Shown here piece by piece: positions 21,398-28,910 of a stretch of DNA of 54,501 nucleotides (the first letter of the stretch is position 1; each line of letters starts with the position of its first letter). Origin of the DNA: Synechococcus sp. (GTDB lineage: Bacteria; Cyanobacteriota; Cyanobacteriia; Thermostichales; PCC-7336); NCBI GenBank assembly GCA_051439605.1, contig JBFRWN010000069.1, positions 1 to 54,501 on the forward strand. Direction: 5' to 3'. Position numbers and translations under genes: made by a program. The notes below the pieces were generated by a model, which had not been told where the DNA came from, made no database searches, and saw only the letters and a program-made list of their open reading frames with translations.

Positions 21398-21796
21398 TTA
21401 CCGTTCAACACCACTTTCAGGACTGGTGCTACGTAACATAGGAAGCAGCTCGCTAAGCTTGGCACTACGCATCGCAGTTAGTTCTTCAAGCTCAGCTTCA
21501 ATCATCTCCATCATGGCTTCAGACATTGCCGCAATTTCAGGATCGTCAGACATCATGCCTACCATAGCGGTTTCAGACATTTCCATGAGCTGCTCAATCA
21601 TGGTGTCAATCACAGCCAAATCATAGCTGATGGGGGCAGCACCGCTCTCAGAAGAGCTCCCTGCGGCCTCTAGCATGTTGAGACGCTCAAGAATGCCAGC
21701 CTGTGCAGGCTGAACTTCAGCGGTTGCAGAAATCGCAGCAGCAGCGATCGCCAATCCGCCGATGCCAATCTGGCGTAAAACCTTAGAAATAATCAT
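21398..21796 (-). CDS. Exported Met-rich small protein, half-DUF305-like
   Basis: GAGGAG RBS 5 nt before ATG 21796; signal peptide ending QPAQA; helical core YDLAVIDTMIEQ...SDDPEIAAMSEAMMEMIEAELEELTAMR resembles one DUF305 half. Confidence 0.7.
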   Translation of the reverse strand: MIISKVLRQIGIGGLAIAAAAISATAEVQPAQAGILERLNMLEAAGSSSESGAAPISYDLAVIDTMIEQLMEMSETAMVGMMSDDPEIAAMSEAMMEMIEAELEELTAMRSAKLSELLPMLRSTSPESGVER

Positions 21797-21903
21797 GTAC
21801 ACTCCTCAAATTTAGTCTGGTGCTGCAATCGGTCGATGATGTGCAGCAGTAACAGTTTTGCCTATAGGCCATTACATCCTACTACAAAAGGATGTTTTCA
21901 GAC

Positions 21904-21919
21904 CCTAATTCTAGTCATA
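21904..21919 (-). promoter_or_regulatory. Candidate degenerate Crp/Fnr-type box upstream of the Met-rich gene
   Basis: Minus strand TATGACTAGAATTAGG, 11/16 identical to the palindromic box at 22886. It is centred ~30 bp upstream of the first base of a TAGGAT -10-like hexamer (21881-21876), i.e. about -42. Confidence 0.4.
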
Positions 21920-22184
21920 TTCTAAAAACAATTTTCTAATCCATTTAAATATTTTTCTAAAAAGCATCAAAAAGGAATAGAAAGGTCTTGTTGCCCATTT
22001 CGTCACCAGAGACAGCAGGCATGCACTACGAGCTTACCTGCTGTCTCTGTGCGAAGCGTTAAGATGGAGCGTCATTGTAGGTCAAAGCTCACTGTAATGC
22101 ATCAATGAAATCGAGCTATAAGCCAACTAAGATCCAGACCGACAATCGATCCAACTTGCAATCCTTAGACGATTCATAAACGAC

Positions 22185-22820
22185 CTAATTCATCCCTGCA
22201 AGCTCAATCAACTGAATGCTATGTTTTCTTCGAACAATCCTACCCTCCTTCTCAAGCAGACCTAACGTGCGGTATAAAACCTCAGGTGCAAGGCCTACCT
22301 CGTACGCAATATCTTTGAGAGGCCGATCGATGCGAATAATATTATCTTCACCCTCACTCCCGATCTGGAGATAACGCAAAATTCGATTTTTTGCAGAGCG
22401 AATTCCTCGAATTTCCAAATTATTTTTGAGGTTAGCAATATGCTTGCTCAGGCACTGCGAAAACAACATCAGCAGATCTATATTTTCCCGAAGGAAGCAC
22501 ATCAAGGTATCTTTTGGGTAAATAGCCACTGTCGTTTTCACTTCACAGATAGCAGAGCAGTCGTAGCGATCGCAAAACAGAGTCTCGCTGGCTAAGCTAT
22601 CGGCATCTCTAGCAACCTGTATGGTAGTAACTGAACCATCAACAGTGTAGCGTTCCGTTCGAATGCGTCCCGATTCAACAATATAGAATGCCTTCACTTT
22701 TTCCCCCTGGGAAAACAATACTTCTTTGCAGTCCAAGGTGCGTCTTGAGACGGCATTGCCAAGTTCTGTCAGTAATGGTTCTTGAGCCAAGTAGCTACTT
22801 AAGTCCATAGATAACTTCAT
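22185..22820 (-). CDS. Crp/Fnr family transcriptional regulator
   Basis: cNMP-binding-like domain (LFSQGE...FYIVESGRI...DG), C-helix RSAKNRILRYL, and HTH LKDIAYEVGLAPEVLYRTL. Confidence 0.92.
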   Translation of the reverse strand: MKLSMDLSSYLAQEPLLTELGNAVSRRTLDCKEVLFSQGEKVKAFYIVESGRIRTERYTVDGSVTTIQVARDADSLASETLFCDRYDCSAICEVKTTVAIYPKDTLMCFLRENIDLLMLFSQCLSKHIANLKNNLEIRGIRSAKNRILRYLQIGSEGEDNIIRIDRPLKDIAYEVGLAPEVLYRTLGLLEKEGRIVRRKHSIQLIELAGMN

Positions 22821-22885
22821 CCAGTGACGCGCGATCGTTTCGATCTGTAGTTATCAGTTAAAAGCAAGTAGCTGAGTCTCTTCTA

Positions 22886-22901
22886 TATGATTTCAGTCAT
22901 A
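22886..22901. promoter_or_regulatory. Palindromic Crp/Fnr-type box TATGA-N6-TCATA
   Basis: TATGATTTCAGTCATA, 66 bp upstream of the Crp/Fnr gene; same geometry as the CRP site TGTGA-N6-TCACA. Confidence 0.6.
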
Positions 22902-22991
22902 CCCCTAAACAAAATACGAAGCTTTATTCAGCAGTTCCATAGATAATTCTCATATAAATTTTCATGAACGTACCTCACACAAAGGAGACAA

Positions 22992-23045
22992 ATGACAGCT
23001 TTCTCGAATTCATTTTGGGATGCAAAAGCAGACTTAGTTTGTTGA
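22992..23045 (+). CDS. Candidate 17-aa small protein MTAFSNSFWDAKADLVC
   Basis: AAAGGAG RBS 4 nt before the ATG, TGA TAA double stop, terminator downstream; divergent from the Crp/Fnr gene. Confidence 0.35.
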   Translation: MTAFSNSFWDAKADLVC

Positions 23046-23112
23046 TAAATCAACGAGCAGGTAAAAAATTATGGGCTATATATGTATCCCATGCAGTCGC
23101 AGCACTAGAAGG

Positions 23113-23153
23113 AAAAAAGTCCCTATCTCCTAATCGTGAATAGGGACTTTTTT
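23113..23153. terminator. Bidirectional rho-independent terminator
   Basis: AAAAAAGTCCCTAT ... ATAGGGACTTTTTT inverted repeat with A- and T-tracts. Confidence 0.75.
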
Positions 23154-23261
23154 ATAGTAGTCAGATTTTTGAGAAGCCCGCAAATCTGGAAGTCGCCAAC
23201 CTAAGATCGTCCCTGTCGGATAGCAAAACCTAAACTGGAATGAATCTTTTGAACAATCTTC

Positions 23262-23840
23262 CTAGAGTTGAGACAAGTCGGGCCAATTACTATCCGCCTT
23301 AGCAATATTGCCAGGAATATCCCGTTCCCAGCGTCGTTGGATGTTGGAATTGAGATTTAAGTAGAGCTTGCCTTGCACAATTTTCCAAGCTTCGGGGTCG
23401 GTGGGTGCCAATTGGTTTTGTGCCGCAGCCCATGCACAGTAACCTCCGTATTGGGGAGCATATCCTTCTGGATTGCTGGCAAACAATTCGCGGTTCTCTG
23501 CACTTGAAAATTGCCAGGTGGAACCTCCCCACTGATAAGTAAAGTCAGAAGAGCCAGCAACCGCTTCACCTTCGGTAAAGTAGGCTACGACATCGGTGCC
23601 ATCCACAGCAATTCCATTTTCAGTATAAATAGCCAATTGCCCTGCAGATGCGGCACAAGGATTGGCGGCACAAGGATTGGCGGCACAGGGGTTGGCGGCA
23701 CAGGGGTTGGACGCGCAAGCGGCATGTGCAGGCTGAATGCTAGTCACTTGCTGTTGTCCGAAACCGAGTTGAGTGGTGGTACCGACAGCCAAACTTAGGC
23801 CGGCGATCGCGCCGAACAATGCGAGGTAATGTACTTTCAC
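23262..23840 (-). CDS. Exported YHS-domain protein (Cys-containing homologue of the YHS (seleno)protein family) with N-terminal NPCAA repeats
   Basis: GTG 23840 preceded by AAGGAAG; signal peptide; A.DGTDVVAYF, WQFSSAENRELF..NP..YAPQYGGYCAWA, DPEAWKIV.GKLYLN and I.KAD.NWP motifs. Confidence 0.88.
   Translation of the reverse strand: MKVHYLALFGAIAGLSLAVGTTTQLGFGQQQVTSIQPAHAACASNPCAANPCAANPCAANPCAASAGQLAIYTENGIAVDGTDVVAYFTEGEAVAGSSDFTYQWGGSTWQFSSAENRELFASNPEGYAPQYGGYCAWAAAQNQLAPTDPEAWKIVQGKLYLNLNSNIQRRWERDIPGNIAKADSNWPDLSQL
23650..23709 (-). repeat. 4 x 15-bp coding repeat (NPCAA)
   Basis: GCGGCACA(A/G)GG(A/G)TTG x4 on the plus strand. Confidence 0.9.
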
Positions 23841-23933
23841 GGGATGCTTCCTTTGGAAAATTCTGTCGATCGAGCATGGATTGCTTTCACAGATCAATCG
23901 TGCAAACTCAAGAGAAAACTACCCTTGATTGCC

Positions 23934-23949
23934 AATGAGAATATTCACA
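23934..23949 (-). promoter_or_regulatory. Candidate Crp/Fnr-type box upstream of the YHS gene
   Basis: Minus strand TGTGA-ATATTC-TCATT, ~94 bp upstream of GTG 23840. Confidence 0.5.
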
Positions 23950-24076
23950 GTTTTCCCTCGTCATGAACTAAAAAAATGTGGGAACCCTGCGATCGCCTCC
24001 CCCAATGAAGGACGATTGCCGTCAACTAAAGAACATAAAAAATCCCTTGCTCTAGCAGCACTCTGGTATTGAAACT

Positions 24077-26122
24077 CTAAGCCCCCTCAAATAGCCCTTT
24101 CATGCTCCACTTCAAGGTCACGATAGTCTGATTGTCGGGAGTATGAACGCGCTTCCAGGTTCCTTCAGGTAGTTGCTCGGCAATGGTATTCATGGCTTTT
24201 GTTCCGTACCCCCCTTTTTGGGTCGGAAGAATTTCCACTCCATCATTTTCAACCCATAACTCGCAGTCTCGGTTATCCTGCTGCAAGCGTATCTGCAAGT
24301 ATGTAGCAGATCCCCGGGGGGGATGGACGTGGTGGAGGACATTGGCAATTGCCTCGCGGGCAAACCGGTAGATGTCTTCACGAGCATCGAACCATTCGCT
24401 AGTTTGGGGTTCCTTCAGGGGGGGTAGATCTAGCTCTAGATGCAGGTCTAGTTTCTGTTCGCGGACGAGCCGCTGAATGTGGTTTTCAATGCCCACATGC
24501 AATCCCCCCTTTAAATCAGGTGAGATACCAAACTTGCTGGCTAATGTGCGCGCATCATTGAGTTGATTGCGAATGCCAATCCCTAGATCGTGCAGTTGGG
24601 TCAAAATATCATCCACCTCCAATTGGGGATGGTCCAACTGCAGCAGCTCCAGTTCATCCATTACCAGCTTAAGTTCCTGCAATTCGCGATCGTGAATGTC
24701 AGTTGCCACGCGGTACAACAGCTTGCGGGCTTGGTAGATTACCGCTTCTTGTTCTGCCTGACGCAGAGTTTCGAGTTCCCGTTGCTGAGCCTGCAAGCGC
24801 TCGCGATTGTGAATCAACACCACTGACAAAATCGTACAGATAACCGTGGCCCCCACCACTACCGTTGGAATGGCGATCGGCCACAGCCAGTACCCCATGG
24901 ATACACTGAATATCCCGCCACCACAGTAAGCGGCAGTTAAGAGCACCACAACTGCCGAACGTCCCCACATCGATAACATCAGCGATTGACCGCTATGGCG
25001 CAGGTTCAACCCCCAGGTCATCACCAATCCCGACCCTAACCCTGCTAACACGATCGCCCCCAACCTCCAGCTCCAAGGCACTCGCTCAAACACTTCCCCC
25101 TGTATCAAGCTGGATAGAGCCAGCCCCTGAAATTCCACAGCAGACACCTGCCGACCATCGGGTAACCGCACGGGGTGATACTCAGGGCTACCATCAACAA
25201 ATCCCACCAGAACAATCTTATTTCTGAGGGGAACCAGATCGTGTTCTGGAACAGTCCCCAAACAGGACTGACTCAGCTGTGGTAAGGGGGGGCACACTTG
25301 CTCGATCGGAATAATAGGCAAGCTCCCCGGTCCCGTCGGTTTGTAAAACACGGGATTCGACGGTAGCGATTGCAGCAAATTTGCTTTAGACAGGGCCAAT
25401 CGTTCGACCGATTGAAATTCCTGCAGCCGTCCACTGTCCTGCCGCACCAACCGCTGGGCAAACACCAGTTCTCGCTGTATCCCTGTCCGGTCGGGATCGA
25501 ACTGCACGAACCCCTGCACACTTTCAGGAGGGACAATATCCCTCAAAGAAACACTGTCAAATGGTAAAAAATGGTTGTAAATCGGGATTTCTTCGCGGCC
25601 AAAACTTTCACTGGTGCGGGTGGCCAATACTAGGCGATCGGCATAGACCGCCAAAGCACGTCGCAGAGGGGCATCTAAATCATCTTCATCGTCATTGCCC
25701 CGTAACTGAGGTACCACAAAGGTTCCAGGCAAGTTAAGAACAACTGCATTAGCCCCCGCATCCTCCAATAGTCGCCGAGTCAAGGCTGCATAATTCACGC
25801 GTTCTAGCGAAAAGTCGGGCGGAGCAGTCCCGCTACTACTATTAGAAGTCTCCAGCTGACCGTCAATGCCCACAATGACAATTTCTGCGGCCGCCTCCTT
25901 CCAATGGCGAGACCTCCAAATGCGCCGCTGGACGGCACTCTCGAGCTCTAACAAAATAATTCCGTTACTGAGAACCCAAAGGACTAGAGCCCAGGTAGTC
26001 CCCCATAACAGCCCCCATCCCAATGGGGTTGGAATGATGGTTTGAGGAGGAACAGCAGGTGATGTGGACTCCGAAGAGCGGTTCATAAGGGAATGGATGG
26101 AGGCAGGAGATAGTAAAGGCAA
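24077..26122 (-). CDS. CHASE2-domain membrane sensor histidine kinase (HisKA_3-like)
   Basis: EIVIVGID...LRNKIVLVG CHASE2 motifs, three TM helices, H-box ATDIHD, N-box EAIANVLHH, ENDG and GGYGT. Confidence 0.8.
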   Translation of the reverse strand: MPLLSPASIHSLMNRSSESTSPAVPPQTIIPTPLGWGLLWGTTWALVLWVLSNGIILLELESAVQRRIWRSRHWKEAAAEIVIVGIDGQLETSNSSSGTAPPDFSLERVNYAALTRRLLEDAGANAVVLNLPGTFVVPQLRGNDDEDDLDAPLRRALAVYADRLVLATRTSESFGREEIPIYNHFLPFDSVSLRDIVPPESVQGFVQFDPDRTGIQRELVFAQRLVRQDSGRLQEFQSVERLALSKANLLQSLPSNPVFYKPTGPGSLPIIPIEQVCPPLPQLSQSCLGTVPEHDLVPLRNKIVLVGFVDGSPEYHPVRLPDGRQVSAVEFQGLALSSLIQGEVFERVPWSWRLGAIVLAGLGSGLVMTWGLNLRHSGQSLMLSMWGRSAVVVLLTAAYCGGGIFSVSMGYWLWPIAIPTVVVGATVICTILSVVLIHNRERLQAQQRELETLRQAEQEAVIYQARKLLYRVATDIHDRELQELKLVMDELELLQLDHPQLEVDDILTQLHDLGIGIRNQLNDARTLASKFGISPDLKGGLHVGIENHIQRLVREQKLDLHLELDLPPLKEPQTSEWFDAREDIYRFAREAIANVLHHVHPPRGSATYLQIRLQQDNRDCELWVENDGVEILPTQKGGYGTKAMNTIAEQLPEGTWKRVHTPDNQTIVTLKWSMKGLFEGA

Positions 26123-26149
26123 TAGTAATGGGATCGATCTTAAGACCCA

Positions 26150-26680
26150 TTACAGTTCATCATCATTCCACGATTGCCCATCCACTGGCAGCCAGAATGC
26201 ATCGGATGCAGAATTAGAATAACCACTTTGCCCAAGCTCTTGAAGTTTTTCAACAGTGCTGACTTGCGGGGAAGCGCCTCCTTTCCGGACAGGAACCAGT
26301 TGGTAGCGAATCACCTGCTCTCCCCGATAGAGGACGATGTCTAGACGCTGACCGCGGCGATCAATTTGCCAGGTACCCTCGCTATTTTGAAACGTTTGCG
26401 ATCCTCCAGAAAAAGAAGCATCCAAGGCGGGACCGTTGAGGGTTCGAATCCGACCACGATCCGTTTCCACAACCATTTGTAGGCGAGCGCCATGGCCACG
26501 TCCACTGATAATTTGTCCAGAGCCGCTCCATCTATCGCCGGCTCTTGCCAGAGTTGATAGTGGAATTAATAACATCCACGAACCCAAGCAGACAGTAGCT
26601 AACAGACGAGGCCAAATTCGCCTCGCTGTCCCGATTGGCTGTTGTTGGATTAAGCCTGAACCGTTCATCACGCTCAACAC
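26150..26680 (-). CDS. Hypothetical protein with signal/TM segment and small beta-rich domain
   Basis: Hydrophobic segment LLATVCLGSWMLLIPLSTLARA followed by Gly-rich beta-like strands; its stop lies 27 bp before the CHASE2 kinase start, on the same strand. Confidence 0.6.
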   Translation of the reverse strand: MLSVMNGSGLIQQQPIGTARRIWPRLLATVCLGSWMLLIPLSTLARAGDRWSGSGQIISGRGHGARLQMVVETDRGRIRTLNGPALDASFSGGSQTFQNSEGTWQIDRRGQRLDIVLYRGEQVIRYQLVPVRKGGASPQVSTVEKLQELGQSGYSNSASDAFWLPVDGQSWNDDEL

Positions 26681-26979
26681 GCACTGCTACAAAACTAGCT
26701 GAATGGGCAACGAAGCATCTCGGTGATGCCAAGATTAGAACCGCAACCTATCTTCAACTAGTCCTACTTTAAAAAGAAAGCAGAGTTCAAAACAGGCCAA
26801 CAGTTGTGTCTTCAGTTACCAACTCCCGCAGATCGATCGCAACAGAACCGAACCGGTGAATCATTTATCACACCATTTAACCCATTATTTCAGACAGAAA
26901 ATGCCCCTAGATGAAGCCAAAACTTATTCGGCTGGGCAATTAGGGGAAGAATGTAATGCCTACAATTCCCGAACAATGT

Positions 26980-28554
26980 CTATTCCTGAAGGGAAGACAG
27001 ATCGGTTGGGGCTGTCTCAATTTGGGCGACTGGTATTGTCTCGGTTGCCTGAGCCACTGACCCTAAAAACTCGCTGCCCACAACAGAGCTGGTAGTCAGA
27101 TTAAACAGAGGGTTAGACAGAACGCCCGACAGCATTGTGGCAATCAACGTCAAAATCAGCCCTGCTTGGATAGGCCGCATGCCTACCAGGTTCCAGTTGG
27201 TTTCTGGATAGTTTTTGACAGAAGGAGACATTTCCTGGGGTTCCTTAACCACCATCATTTTGATGACTCGGACGTAGTAGTAGATGGAAACCACGCTGGT
27301 GAACAAACCCACTAGTACCAACCCGTAAGCCCCAGCCTGCCAACCGGCCCAGAATAGGTAAATTTTGCCAAAGAACCCAGCCATGGGAGGAATCCCACCT
27401 AAGGACAGCAAGCACACGCTCAAGCAGAGGGTGAGAAAGGGATCTTTTTGATATAGGCCACTGTATTCGGTAATATCGTCGGTGCCCGTTTTGAGGGAGA
27501 ACAGGGTAACGCAGAGAAATGCACCCAAGTTCATGAACAGGTAAACCAGCAGGTAGAACAGGGTGCTGGAGTATCCTGCCTCAGTACCCACCACTAGACC
27601 AATTAAAACGAAACCCGCTTGAGCAATGGAAGAGTAGGCTAGCAAACGCTTCATGCTGTTTTGGGCCAAGGCGACAACATTACCCAAAATCATGGTTAAG
27701 ATGGCCAGAACGGCTAAAACAGCTCGCCATTCGTCAACTAATGCAGGAAAGACGGTATTCAGAAATCGAAGTGCGAGGGCAAAACCAGCAGCCTTGGACC
27801 CAACAGACAGAAAAGCAACTACCGGTGTCGGAGACCCTTCGTAAACATCAGGGGTCCATTGATGAAATGGAACGGCAGCCAGCTTAAACGAGATGCCGGA
27901 AATACAGAACACTAAGGCCAGAGTGCCAGCCAAACCAGAATCAACCAAGGCAGGAGCAATCTGCGCCATGTTGGTTTCACCGCCAGACAAACCGTAGAGT
28001 AAGGACATCCCGTAGAGAAAGATTGCAGTGCTACTGGCACCAATTAACAAGTACTTGAGAGCTGCTTCGTTGGAACGAGGATCTCGCTTGGTGTAGCCCG
28101 CCATCAGATAGCTAGAGATACTCAAGGTTTCCAAAGCCACAAACACCATGATTAGGTCTGTGGCACCCGCCAATAACATGCCTCCCAAAGAAGAGGTCAA
28201 CAGAAGGACATAGAACTCTGGAGCAGAAGAACCAGACTGGTTAATGTAACGCACAGACATCAACACTACCAGCGCAGCTGTGATAACCAGCATGCCGCGA
28301 AAAATAATGCTGATGGGATCGGCCGTAAAGCTACCCAAAAAACCAACGGGATCCGCTGCCCCCCACTGGCTAACCAGAGCAGCGAACGCCCCACCAGTCC
28401 CCACTAGGGTCAGTCCAGGGATAATGCGTCCGGCAGTCTCTCCCCAAATCAGGTCAATCGCCAGAATCAGCAAAAGCGTAACAGTCACGATAGCTTCCGG
28501 CAATATCGTGCCAGCATTGAGATGAAGAGCAATACTGGGATCGAAGATATCCAT
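26980..28554 (-). CDS. ndhB: NAD(P)H-quinone oxidoreductase subunit 2 (NDH-1)
   Basis: [57 protein letters not shown] and LGGIPP.AGFFGK motifs. Confidence 0.97.
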   Translation of the reverse strand: MDIFDPSIALHLNAGTILPEAIVTVTLLLILAIDLIWGETAGRIIPGLTLVGTGGAFAALVSQWGAADPVGFLGSFTADPISIIFRGMLVITAALVVLMSVRYINQSGSSAPEFYVLLLTSSLGGMLLAGATDLIMVFVALETLSISSYLMAGYTKRDPRSNEAALKYLLIGASSTAIFLYGMSLLYGLSGGETNMAQIAPALVDSGLAGTLALVFCISGISFKLAAVPFHQWTPDVYEGSPTPVVAFLSVGSKAAGFALALRFLNTVFPALVDEWRAVLAVLAILTMILGNVVALAQNSMKRLLAYSSIAQAGFVLIGLVVGTEAGYSSTLFYLLVYLFMNLGAFLCVTLFSLKTGTDDITEYSGLYQKDPFLTLCLSVCLLSLGGIPPMAGFFGKIYLFWAGWQAGAYGLVLVGLFTSVVSIYYYVRVIKMMVVKEPQEMSPSVKNYPETNWNLVGMRPIQAGLILTLIATMLSGVLSNPLFNLTTSSVVGSEFLGSVAQATETIPVAQIETAPTDLSSLQE

Positions 28555-28910
28555 ATCAGTCGCAGGTTCTCGTTATTACGGAACTTTGGCACTCCACTAG
28601 GGATTTGCCGCCTCTTAGCATACCGCGAATTTTCTGTTGCCCCAGCCAGCTTTAGAGGGCAAATGCCAAGATGTTTATCCTAACTGGCATCAATCGCTGC
28701 TGATTTCCTCTTCAGGGTTTCCTGTAGCAATCGTTTCGTCATGTTTTTGGATAGAGCTGAGACTCTTCGGCTATCTTTTAGATAGATTTCCATATCTGTT
28801 GTTGACCCCAATACCTATCGCTTGCCGACCGGTCAGTTGGCGGCAATCGTTGGATGGAGATACAACCGAAATGGGTTAGGGGGGACTTGTGAGGAGTGAG
28901 ATTCAGAGCT

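Noticed and set aside
23262..23840. Selenocysteine recoding in the YHS protein
   Set aside because: The GGYC position is a TGT Cys codon and the ORF has no in-frame TGA.
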